A stretch of 64,000 nucleotides of DNA from Isurus oxyrinchus (lineage: Eukaryota): contig JANJGN010000052.1 of assembly GCA_026770705.1 (NCBI GenBank), forward strand, positions 806,001-870,000. The letters are read 5' to 3'. Both the position numbers and the translations under genes were made by a program. The notes below the pieces were generated by a model that did not search any database, was not told the origin of the DNA, and worked only from the letters and a program-made list of their open reading frames with translations. Below, one piece after another: positions 1 to 11,427 of this stretch (its first letter is position 1; every line of letters begins with the position of its first letter).

Positions 1-1080
1 GGATGAGAGGAAGAGAGAGAGAGATATGGAGCAGGAGAACACCTCCTCCGGTCCCGATGTTCCTCCAAAATCTCTGACATTACTGCATCTCCCGGGTCCC
101 CCTGATTCCCATCGCTCCACCATTGGTGGCCGTGCCTTCAACTGCCTGGGGCCCTGAGCTCCGGAATACCCTCCCTTTACCTCTCTGCCTCTGTCTCTTT
201 CTCTCTCTCTCTCCTTTAAGACGCTCCTTAAAAACTGACATCTTTGACCAAGCTTTTGGTCACCTAACCCTAATATCTCCATATGTGACTCAGTGTTAGA
301 CTTCTCTCTGATTTACGCTCCGGTAATGTGGGCTGGGACATTTTTCAATGTCAGAGGCGCTGTGTAAATGCAAGTTGTGAGTGTTATGTGGAAGGGAGAC
401 CCCAGGCGGCAGTCAGTGCCAGAGACTGGAGTCATTGTGTGCAGACCATATCTAATCTCTCCGAATGCACAATCGGTTTGACTGTCAGCCAAAGCACTTT
501 TGATATTTGATCCTTCTAACTGTTTATAACCAGGCCTACATCAAACACCGAGAGGCTGGTTAATCAACAGACACCTTAGAGGATCGAGTGAAAGACAAAG
601 AGGACTTGCATTTCTCTAGCGCCTTCCAACACATCAGGACGTCCCAAACTGTTTCGCGGACAATCAAGTGCTTTTTTTCTTTCATGTGAGGTCACTGATG
701 TACTGTGGGAAAAGAATCAGCCATTGGCGCACAGTAAGATCCCACAGACAGCAGCATGATAATGACCAGCGCGCTCCCAGTACTTGCACTGCAAGTGTCA
801 GTTCAGGATGTGTGCTCGATTCTCTGCAACTCTCAGCTCTGAGTTAAAAGGACCACCAGGCATAATTGAGAAATTACCGAGCTGTCGGAGGGTCAGTACC
901 GGCGGGGGGGCAGGACAGTCGGAGGGTCAGTACTGAGGGGGTGCTGCATTGTCAGACGGTCAGTCTTGGAGTGCTGCACTGTCAGAGGGTCAGTACCGGC
1001 GGGGGACTGCACAGTCGGAGGGTCAGTACTGAGGGGGTGCTGCATTGTCAGACGGCCAGTACTGAGGGAGTGCTGCACTG
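1..1080. repeat. Inverted segmental duplicate of ~37866-38924 (HAMP-like intron 2)
   Basis: ORF 328-510(+) is nearly identical to ORF 38437-38619(-), and ORF 866-1183(+) matches ORF 37833-38081(-). Base 1 aligns to 38924 in reverse complement; similarity ends inside the 33-bp array. Confidence 0.93.
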
Positions 1081-1560
1081 TTGGAGGGTCAGTACTGAGG
1101 GGGTGCTGCATTGTCAGACGGTCAGTACTGAGGGAGTGCTGCACAGTCGGAGGGTCAGTACTGAGGGGGTGCTGCACTGTTGAAGGCGCTGTCTTTCAGA
1201 TGAGATGTTAAACTGAGACAACATCTGCCCTCTCAGATGGATGTAGAGGATTCCATGGCCACAATTTAAATGAAGTGCGTCAGGAGTTGGGGGTATGTGT
1301 GGAGGGGGTGGTGGGGGGTGGATGGGGTGGAGTTATGTCCGCTTTCCTGGGGCAAACATTTATCCCTCAACTGACATTGGTAAAAAACTGAAAATCGGGG
1401 CCATTATCACATTTCTGTTTGTGGGATCTTGCTGTGCGTGAATTGCCTGCTGCGTTTCCTACATTACAGCGGTGAGCTCACTTCAGAAAAAGTCCTTCCT
1501 TCAGCTGTGGAACACTTTGGGCCATCCTGAGGAGGGGAAAGGCGCTATAGAAATGCGGCA
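883..1560 (+). mobile_element. DeuSINE-like (SacSINE1/AmnSINE-type) SINE with tandemly amplified 33-bp unit
   Basis: Array of cagtactgagggagtgctgcactgtcggagggt runs into gtctttcagatgagatgttaaac...tgtttgtgggatcttgctgtgcg...aaaggcgctatagaaatgc. Family name is from recall, not a search. Confidence 0.65.
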
Positions 1561-1645
1561 TCCTCGTTCCAATGACGCGCCTGATTGAAATGATGCCTTC
1601 TTTCTTTCCGGAATGTTCTCACCTATTGTCCTCCTGCTTTTCCAG

Positions 1646-1762
1646 GGCTCCTTGCTGCAGCGCCAGAACAGAATGAGCAGACAGCGGCACTGCAGATTCG
1701 GCTGTCACTGCTGTAATTGGAGAGAATCAAATGAGACTCGTGGTATCTGCTGCATATTTTAG
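1646..1762 (+). CDS. HAMP: Hepcidin-like exon 3 (end of pro-region, RxxR site, 6-Cys mature peptide)
   Basis: Acceptor ctcctgcttttccag, then phase 0 GSLLQRQNRMSRQRHCRFGCHCCNWRESNETRGICCIF*. Fits the hepcidin pattern CxxCCxCC..CGxCCxF with two Cys substituted. Its intron is duplicated downstream of HAMP-like exons 1-2. Confidence 0.8.
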   Translation, partial: GSLLQRQNRMSRQRHCRFGCHCCNWRESNETRGICCIF

Positions 1763-2467
1763 ACCCTGGCCTCATTCACGCAAGGTCATCCTGCACCATG
1801 CCACAGCCTCTCCCCTCCTTATCTACTGCTTAGCAATCTATTTAACACAGGCCCTGTTCATTAATTCCAACTGAAACTTTACCTGCGTTTTACAGCAGGG
1901 AAAGAAGCCATTCGGCCCATCTGCTCCATGCTGGTGTTTCTGCTCCACACGAGTCTCCGCCCACCCCTTCTCCATCTCACCCCATCACCATATCCTTCTA
2001 TTCATTTCTCCCTCGTGTGTTTATCCAGCTTCCCCTTAAATACATCGACACTATTCACCTCACGTGACTGTGTTTGTGTCTGTCTTTATGAGCGTGTGTA
2101 TGTGTGTATGTGTGTGACTGTCAATATGTGTGTGTCAATGTGAATGAGTGAGTGTGTCAGTGTGTCTGTGTGGGTGTGTGTGACTGTGTCAGTGTGTGTC
2201 AATGTGAATGAGTCAGTGTGTCAGTGTGTCTGTGTGGGTGTGGGTGTGTGAGTGTGCAAGTGAATGTGTGAGGAATCTTATGACTAAGTCATTTGAATGG
2301 ATGTTACTGGGGTTAATGATAGTTAAAATTCAGAGAGATGTAAAGCGGGCTCCTGATTTTGCTGCTTTATGCTCCCGGGCACAGATTCACCCCGACAATG
2401 TGTTCATGATTCACCATTATCTTGTCGGGACTTTAATTGTAAAGATGATGATTTGTAAAAAAAAATG

Positions 2468-2473
2468 AATAAA
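2468..2473 (+). terminator. Candidate polyadenylation signal for the hepcidin-like gene
   Basis: AATAAA about 700 nt after the stop codon at 1762. Confidence 0.3.
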
Positions 2474-4106
2474 CAACTTTTGTCTTCACAAAGTGTCTGG
2501 CTTGGTATTTCAGGCTACTTGTCTCTCCCTCACCCTCCCCCCCCACCATGCCCCCCACACCAGGGAACAATTGTCCCCCCTTCCTCTGAAGTTCGGGGTA
2601 AAGATCAGCTTTGTTCAATGCAAGCTGTTCCGACATCGAGAACGTTGTTACAAATATCTCACAAAGGGCACACGCCATGATAGCCCACTTTCAACAGATT
2701 TTACCAGTTGACCAGGTTGAAAACCTTTTCATAAACCACAACGTAGGTGTTCAATTCTTGCTGCTGTTTGCTTAATGTTCTCATAACTGCTATAACCTCT
2801 CTAGTTCCACTACATAACAACACCAACATAAATAAACAGAAGCAGGAGTAGGCCTTTTGGCCCCCCAAGCCAGCTTGTCCATTCAATTTGAACCTGGCTC
2901 CTGCTGAAAGTTATTTAAGTTGAAGCGATAAAGCCATCAGGTGCAGGGATTAAAATGTAAGCAAAGGAAAAATAATACTTAGACATGAGATTTAAAATCA
3001 GTTTCTGTCAAGTATCATAGTGAGGCCCATTGCTCTGGATTCCTTCTTTCCAGAGTGAAGGGTTTGAAACTAGGAGTCACATTCAGCAGCTGCATTGTCT
3101 TCTCTAGTTGACTGTTTGGAGGTTGCCTGTAGATGTGAATCAGCAGGTCAGCAGCTTTGAGGAATGAGTGAAGGTCCCTTTTATTTACAGGATCTGCCAG
3201 AGGATGTGCAGGAATATTCCTGCTGAATCCCCCATCCTTGTATTCATGAAGGTTTTGAAACTGGAAGTCATATTCAGCAGCTGCAATGGCCTTTGTAGTC
3301 AACTGTCTGGAGGTTGCCTGTACAGGTGGACTCGGCATGTCAACAGCTTTGTTGGGCGGGGGACACAGGTAGTGAAGGTCCCTTTTCTTTAACGGCTCTG
3401 CCAGTGCAAAACTTGATGATCCTGGGTCAAAATCATGTAACTCCCTCCCCAAAAGCACTGTGGGTGTGACCTATGGAGGTTCCTTGGCTTCGACAAGCAG
3501 CCTACCAGCTCTGCTCTCAATTCCTCTTCGCACTTGCTTCCTTCCTCCTCTGGTCTTTACTTTGTTATAGTGTTAGTGTCCGCTCTGCCTTTTTTGTTGC
3601 TTTCCCAATTCTTCCCACCAACTCTCTCTGGCTTGATCCTTCTCTGTGCTCATCTCATTGGTTTGGGTTTCTATCCGTTCATTGACCTGGTGTAATCTGA
3701 AACTGGTGCAATCAGGTAGGGGTGGGGGGGTTGGCGCTGGCCGTGGGTGGTGATACACGTTACCTTTTTACCAAAATTCTTTCACGGGATGTGGACAGCG
3801 TTTGTTACCTGTTCCTGACCGACCCCTTGAGAAGGGGGTGCTGAGCTGCCTTTTCGAAGTGCTGCAGTTCGCCTGGTTTGACTGGTCTGTGGCGGGTTTT
3901 GATATAACTCAGTGGCTTGCTCAGCCATTTCAGGGGCCAGTTAAGAGTCAACCACATTGCTGTGGGTCAGGAGTCACACGTAGGCCAGAATGGGTAAGGA
4001 CGGCAGGTTTCCTTCCCCAAAGGGCATTAGTGACCCAGATGGGTTTTTGCAACAATTGGCCTTAGTTTCATGGTCACCATTACTGAGACTAGCTTCGCAT
4101 TCCAGA

Positions 4107-5190
4107 TGTCACATCCAGTCGTGGACAATTAAACAACTCACTGGAGGAGGAGGCTCCACAAATATCCCCATCCTCAATGATGGAGGAGCCCAGCACATCG
4201 GTGCAAAAGACAAGACTGAAGCATGCGCAACAATCTTCAGCCAGAAGTGCTGAGTGGGTGATCCATCTCGGCCTCCTCCGGAGGTCCCCAGCATCAGAGA
4301 TGCCAATCTTTAGCCAATTCGATTAATTCCACGTGATATCAAGAAAGGGCTGAAGGCACTGGATATTGCAAAGGCTCCAGGCCCTGACAATATTCTGGCA
4401 ATAGTACTGAAGACTTGTGCTCCAGAACTTGCTGCGCCCCTAGCCAAGCTTTTCTGGAATTTTCTAGTACAGCTGCAACACTGGCAACTACCCGGCTATG
4501 GGGTACGTCCTGTACACAAAAAGCAGGACAAATCCAACCCAGCCAATTACCCAGCAGTCTATTCTTGATCATTACTAAAGTGATTGAAGGGGTCATCAAC
4601 AGCGCTTGCAAGCAGCACCTGCTTAGCAAGAACCTGCTCACTGATGCTCTGTTTGTGTTCCACCAGGATCATTCAGCTCCTGGCCTCATTACAGCCTTGG
4701 TTCAAACATGCACAAATGAGCTGAACTCCAGAGGTGAGGTGAGAGGGACTGCCCTTGACATCAAGGCAGCATTTGACTGAATGTGGCAAAACAAGGAGCC
4801 CGAGCAAAACTGGAGTCAATGGGAATCGGGGGAAAACTCTCCGCTGCTTGGAGTCATACCCAGCACAAAGGAAAATGGTTGTGATTATTGGGGGTCAATC
4901 ATCTCAGTTCCAGGACATCACTGCAGGAGTTACTCAGGGTAGTGTCCTAGGCTCAACCATCTTCAGCTGCTTCATCAATGTCCTTCCTTCCATCATAAGG
5001 TCAGAAGTGGGGATGTTTGCTGATGATTGCACAATGTTCAGCACCATTCACGGCTCCTCAGATACTGAAGCAAGTTATGTCCAAATGCAGCAAGACCTGG
5101 ACAACATCCAGGCTTGGGCTGACAGGTGACAAGTAACATTCATGCCACACAAGTGCCAGGCAATGACCAGCTCCAACAAGAGACAATCTC
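4107..5190 (+). mobile_element. CR1-group LINE reverse transcriptase fragment (degenerate)
   Basis: Motifs ALDIKAAFD, GVTQGSVLG..IFSCFIN and MFADD spread across frameshifted ORFs 4415-4780 and 4755-5129. Confidence 0.88.
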
Positions 5191-5689
5191 ATTGAAGGTG
5201 CAGAAAATTTGGATTTATTTTAAAGAGCCAGCCAGGACCAGCAGCTAGGGTGACAAAGCGTACACAGACAATCACATCCTTACATGAAAGCTAAAAACCT
5301 GTACAAAGGGTTCAGCTGTAAATTTGCAATGAGGAAATGGGAGACACACACACAAGGACACAGGGTGACTCAATCAAGAAATGGGGAAGGTTATTTCACA
5401 CCCTCCGATGGCCTTGAACCACATCCAGTCAGCCCCCGGAAACCTTTTGTATTGAACAAACATAGATTCTTTGCTGTCTCTAAAGGACAATAGCCAGTCT
5501 CTGCCCTGTAATTACTGTACAAGAACACAATTATCAGCCCACCGGAGGGTCATTGTGCTGTGGCCTTTGTCTAACTAATACCATTACCTTGTAACTGAGA
5601 GTAAAAAATATATAAACTGTGCTCATTTGAACCTCGGTGGAGAAGCACCTGGACTGCCCAGGAATGGTGGCTAAATGAGCTGCTGACAA

Positions 5690-6590
5690 AAAGATAGGTT
5701 GGAAAGTAAATTGTGAAGAGGATGTAAGGTGGTTAGAAAGTGACATCGATAGGTTAAGTGAGTGGGCAAAGATCTGACAAATGGTGTATAATGTGGGCGC
5801 ATGTGAAATTGTTCATTTTGTCAGAAAGAACAAGAAGGAAGATTATTATCTAAAAGGTGAGAGATTGCAGAGCTCTGAGATGCAGAGGGATCTGGGTGTC
5901 CTCATGCATGAATCACAAAAGGCTGGTTTGCAGATACAGCAGGTCAATCGGAAAGCTAATGGGATGTTATAATTTACTGTGGGGGAATTGAATAGAAAAG
6001 TAGGGAGGTTACGTTCAGTTGTACAGGGCACTGGTGAGAGCACATCTGGAGTACTCTGTACAGTAAGGTCACCTTACTTAAAGAAAAATGTAAATGCATT
6101 AGAAGCAGTTCAGAGAAGGTTTACTAGACTAATACCAGGATTGGGCGGGTTGTCTTATGAGGTCAGGTTGGACAGGTTAGGCTTGTATCCACTGGAGTTT
6201 AGAAGAGTAAGAGGCAACTTAATTAAAACTTTTAAGATCCAGGTAAGTCTTGACAGGGTGGATATGGAGAGGATGTTCCCTCTTGTGTGAGAATCTAGAA
6301 CTAGGCGGTCATGGTTTAAAAATAAGGGGTCGCTCATTTAAGATAGAGATGAGGCGAAATGTTTTCTCTCAGGGTAGTAAGTCTTTGGAACACTCTGCCT
6401 CAAAAGGCAGTGGAAACTGGGTCTTTGAATATTTTTAAGGCAGAGCTAGATAGATTCTTGATTAACAAGGGGGTGAAAGGTCATTGGGGGTAGACAGGAA
6501 TGTGAGGTTGAGGTGACAATCAGATCAGCCATGATCTTACTGAATGGCGGAGCAGGTTCGAGGGGCTGAGTGACCTACTCCTGATCCTAA
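5690..6590 (+). mobile_element. CR1 LINE 3' fragment
   Basis: RDLGVLMHES and LEAVQRRFTRLIPGL..LSYE.RL.RLGLYPLE motifs, followed by a CR1-type 3' UTR. Confidence 0.88.
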
Positions 6591-7939
6591 CTCAGATATC
6601 CATATGTTCTCAAAGGCAATTGGGGATGGGCAACAAATACTGGCCTAGTCAGCGACACCAACATCCCTGAAATGAATAAGAAAAAAATGTATCAATCAAT
6701 TAAATTTATTGATTAATCGAATCGAAATTCCTCCAGCTGCCGTGGTGGGATTTGAACCCGTGCCTTCAAAGTATTCACCTGGGCCTCTGGATCACTGGCC
6801 TAGTGCCGTTCCCATTGTGCGACTGTCTGCTATCATCATGGCTCTTTCACATCGATGTGGAAGTCCTGATAACAGAAGCATTGGACGAGGTACAGAAAGG
6901 TGACAAATCAGGAGCTCCATTGCTCAATATGAACGGATAATAAAGATAAATGAACATAAACCTTCCAGTCGCTAATTAGGGAGTCACTGTGGAGCCCATG
7001 AGTCCCTCGCAGCGCTATTGCAACCTTCTGGATCCCCAGTAGGGGACTCGGGGTGCTGCTGTGTCTTCCTCATCATTTGGAAAAGCCGGAATTGTTCGGG
7101 TGCCCCTTCAAACAGGCCGAAGATGCAGTGGGTGATGTCTCCCACAGGCCCTGGGAGACCTCCCCTGCCAATTTGTTTTGTAGCTTATTCTTCAACTGCG
7201 ACATTGGATCAGCTTGAAAAAGGGTGGGTCTGAGGCAATACCACCAGGTAAGCGTCTATCCCCTCACACGTCACCCCCCCCCCCCACCCCCGTAACCATC
7301 ACAGTCCCTCCCATCGTGCTGGAGGAGCATAATGTGCACATTCCCCTCCTTCCAATCAGTCTCCTCCCTTCCTCTCTAATCCTTGATCTTATTGTGTTCG
7401 GGGTTGACATCCCAGTACTCCTCCCTAGACTGTCTGATGTTGACATCCCAATGCCCCATGTAGACCTGACCTCTCTCCAACTAGAGGCCCATTGTACTGT
7501 GACTTACAGAGACCACCGGCCCCCCTCGATTTCCCCCCCCACCCCTACCCTCTATATTACCTGCTCCCCACTGACAGGCTGCAGATGCCTCCCCTGACTG
7601 GGATTGTGCCACCTGCGGCCTAGTATCAAGCCACCCACCCCCAGGATGGACGTGTGTGAGGGACTGACCACGTCACTCACACCATGCTGGGCACCACCAA
7701 CCCAGGACTGCCAGGCTGTCCCCACCACACTGGACTGGGACTAGAATAGGCGTGCCAAGCACAGCTCTCTAAATCGTGGCGCAGACCCACAGCACTCGCA
7801 ATGTTTTGTGGCCCGAATCCTTGCTGAGGAACTGCCCAGCACTAAAAGCAAAAAAACTGCGGATGCTGGAAATCCAAAACAGAAACAGAAACAGAAATAC
7901 CTGGAAAAACTCAGCAGGTCTGGCAGCATCGGCGGAGAA

Positions 7940-8887
7940 GTACTGAGGTAGTGCGGCACTGTCGGAGATTCAGTACTGAGGGAGTGCTGCACTGTCGGAG
8001 GTTCAGTACTGAGGGAGTGCTGCACTGTCGGAGGTTCAGTACTGAGGGAGTGCTGCACTGTCGGAGGTTCAGTACTGAGGGAGTGCTGCACTGTCGGAGG
8101 GTCTGAGCTGAGGGAGTGCTGCACGGTCGGAGGGTCTGAACTGAGGGAGTGCTGCACGGTCGGAGGGTCTGAGCTGAGGGAGTGCTGCACGGTCGGAGGG
8201 TCTGAACTGAGGGAATGCTGCACTTTCGGAGGGTTTGAACTGAGGGAGTGCTGCACTGTCGGAGGCTCTGAAATGAGGGAGTGCTGCACTGTCGGAGGGT
8301 TTGAACTGAGGAAGTGCTGCACTGTCGGATGGTTTGAACTGAGGGAGTGCTGCACTGTCGGAGGGTCTGAACTGAAGGAGTGCTGCACTGTCGGAGGGTT
8401 TGAACTGAGGGAGTGCTGCACTGTCGGAGGGTTTGAACTGAGGGAGTGCTGCACTATCGGAGGGTATGAACTGAGGGAGAGCTGCACTGTCGGAGGGTTT
8501 GAACTGAGGAAGTGCTGCACTGTCGGATGGTTTGAACTGAGGGAGTGCTGCACTGTCGGAGGGTCTGAACTGAAGGAGTGCTGCACTGTCGGAGGGTCTG
8601 AACTGAGGGAGTGCTGCACTGTTGGAGGGTCTGAAATGAGGGAGTGCTGCACTGTCAGAGGGTCTGAACTGAGAAAGTGCTGCACTGTCAGAGGGTCTGA
8701 ATTGAGAGAGTGCTGCACTGTCGGAGGTTCTGAACTGAGGGAGTGCTGCACTGTCGGAGGGTTTGAACTGAGGGAGTGCTGCACAGTCGGAGGGTCTGAA
8801 CTGAGGGAGTGCTGCTCTGTCGGAGGGTTTGAACTGAGGGAGTGCTGCATTGTCGGAGGGTCTGATCTGAGGGAGTGCTGCACTGTC
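7940..8887. repeat. 33-bp minisatellite array (SINE-derived)
   Basis: About 28 tandem units; 11-aa periodicity (TVQHSLSSDPP) in the overlapping ORFs. Confidence 0.95.
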
Positions 8888-9618
8888 TAAAGAACATTGT
8901 ACAAATTGCACAAAATTTCATCTGATGCCTGTGTCTCATGCTAACATGAAGTTCATGCACACAACAGGAATATTTCTCGCTGTTTCTCTGCAGCAAGACA
9001 GCTTTGGTATCACACCACCCACTGGCAAGAGTGTGCAGCTACAATGTGACATGTTTACATTGGAAATTTCTATTATAAAGATGGACAGAGGAATTCATCT
9101 GATTGGAATACGTGACAACAGGAAGCTATGTCTTAGAGCCAAGAATTTTGCAGCAAAACAAGAATTTTAATCTTTAAATATCTACAGAACAGGCTGAGCA
9201 TTTTAATCACTTGAGTTAATCAATGTAATTTTATTCATAACCCAAATGCTTCTTACAATCTATCGCAGCATGAAAAAGGTGCAGCATTCAGAAAGCACAT
9301 TCCAATCAGAGAACAGAGTTTAGCAACGTCACATTTCTGTTCATTCCTACTCGATGAACAATTTCAAAAGGAAATTGGACGGAAATTGGAAATAAATTTG
9401 CAGGGATACGGGGATAGAGCGGGGGATGGGACTGAGTGCATTGCTTTACAGAGAGACAGCATAGACTCAATGGGCCAAATGTCCTCCTCCATTGCTGGAA
9501 TGACTCGATGATACGGAGATGATTATAACCAGGACACTGACCAGTTTCTTTACAACTTAACACAACATCACACGTTATTTGTCCGCACTGACTGACCAGA
9601 TTGTTGCTGTACAAAGCT

Positions 9619-9758
9619 TCAAACAGTCTGTCGACTTCCTTTCACTGTTTGTCTCTCCCAGACACAGACTCCAGCGATAGTGATAACCACAGCCACAAGG
9701 AATATCACAGCTCGTATTCCCAGGATCAGGATCACATGCAGAATCTCTCCTCCACTGT
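9619..9758 (-). CDS. Activating-type transmembrane and short-tail terminal exon of a Siglec-like gene
   Basis: Acceptor tgtgttctctag, then phase 1 (H)SGGEILHVILILGIRAVIFLVAVVITIAGVCVWERQTVKGSRQTV*. Hydrophobic helix contains Arg; tail has no Tyr; AATAAA(-) at 9230-9235. Confidence 0.85.
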
Positions 9759-11427
9759 CTAGAGAACACACAGAAAGAAATCATCACTGACTCTCCGCTT
9801 TCAATCTCTCACTCTGGCTGAACAATCAAGCTTCATATCACTGCAACATTTGCTGTAATATTGACCCATCCACTGGGATTCAATGTGGAATGAATGTTTT
9901 CATTGTAAACACTCTAAGAGTGGACAATCGGAACTTTCCCCTTAGCGTGGAACATTGGTGAGAATGGATCATTGTGCTGTTGGACTCCCTGTCCAATGTT
10001 TCTCTCCATCGCTGTGTACAGGATTGTGCTGTAGAAAATTCTGGAAACGTTTAGTGCAGGGTGGAAATCCATCTCAGCCATGTGTGCGAATCGAGCAGGA
10101 TTGAGATGGACTCCCCCACGGACTTACACACCCCGCTTAATAAACAGTTCCAATCTTTACCCAGAGAGAGGGGAGAATGTGGAACTCACTCCCACTGGGA
10201 GTGTGTGATGTGAACAGTATCGATGTATTTAAGGGGCAGGAGGGTCGGTAACCAGAGGGACACAGATTGACGAACCGGAGGGGCAGATGAGGAGAATTTG
10301 TTTTGACAGAGCGAGTTGTTGTGATCTGGAAGGTGCTGCCTGAAAGGGCGGTGGAAGCAGATTCAATAGGAACTTTCAAAAGGGAAATTGGATAAACACT
10401 TGAAGGAGGAAGATGGGGGAAAAGTGGAGTGGTGGTTAGTGGATCTGATGGGATAGAACATTGAAAGACCTGGCACAGGCTCAATGGGCTGAATGGCCTC
10501 CTCCTGTGCTGTATCATTCTCCGCTTCCATGATCTCTCCCCCAGTCAGTAACCACTCCAGATCCCTCTTGAAGGTGACAGAGAAACAGCAACCACCACAC
10601 CCACTGACAGCACATTCCCGAAGATCACTACTCTCTGGGAAAAGATGAACTCCCCAACATCCAGCCTATTCCTGCTTCCCAGAGAGTGTAAACCCTTCAG
10701 GGAGGCACTGAGGAAGTTTTCAATAAAATGACATCAAATCCACCGTTTGAGAAATAATTGAATTCCGATGAACTCACAGCTTGTGTAGCAAACTGGGAAG
10801 TAGAGTTGCTGGGAAAGCTGGGAAACACAAGGATTAAGGGCTACAATGCCACCACTGGTGGGAGGCTGTAACTACAGCGTGACGTTTACATAGGCAGTCA
10901 TCATTATAAACAGGGGCATTGCACATAATGGGAATTATGTGCATGGAAATAGTGAGAACATTATGTAAGCTTTTCACCAGCAGGAATTCTCTTCCTAAAC
11001 CTCTCCAACTCTCTCTTACTCTCAGATACACAAAGAAAATCACACAGAATCAGATAAGGAAGAGTTGGGTTGGTGATTCGTCAAAGGGTTAGGTTTCAGG
11101 AAGCTTCTTAAAGGGAGAGAGAGAGTTGGAGACGCAGAGAGTATCTGTGAGAGCCTCTAAGCATCTGAGTGTCTGTAATAGTAATTTCCATATTCTTCCA
11201 TAAATATGAATGGGAACACAAATCCCAGAATTCAGGCCAACTCTCCAGTGCAGTACTGAGGGAGGTCAGGTAACCCATGAGGGAGTGAGTGTTAGTGTTT
11301 GTGTGTGAGTGTGTCTTTGTGTGTGGTCATATATGTGTGTCTGCACGTGTCTATTTAGGTGTGTATGTTCGATGGTGTTTGTGTAGTGTTCAAATCTGAG
11401 AGAGATGTTGAAGTCTGTGTAACTCAC

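Noticed and set aside
1623-1710. Minus-strand exon candidate (VTAESAVPLSAHSVLALQQGALEKQEDN) with ag/gt ends
   Set aside because: It is the antisense shadow of the much better supported plus-strand hepcidin-like exon.
3015-3458. 147-aa minus-strand ORF with an internal ~190-bp duplication
   Set aside because: No recognisable domain or exon boundaries; it begins in a LINE fragment.
7741-8911. Long ORFs (380, 280 and 205 aa) with 11-aa repeats
   Set aside because: Read-through of a stop-poor 33-bp satellite, open in several frames on both strands.
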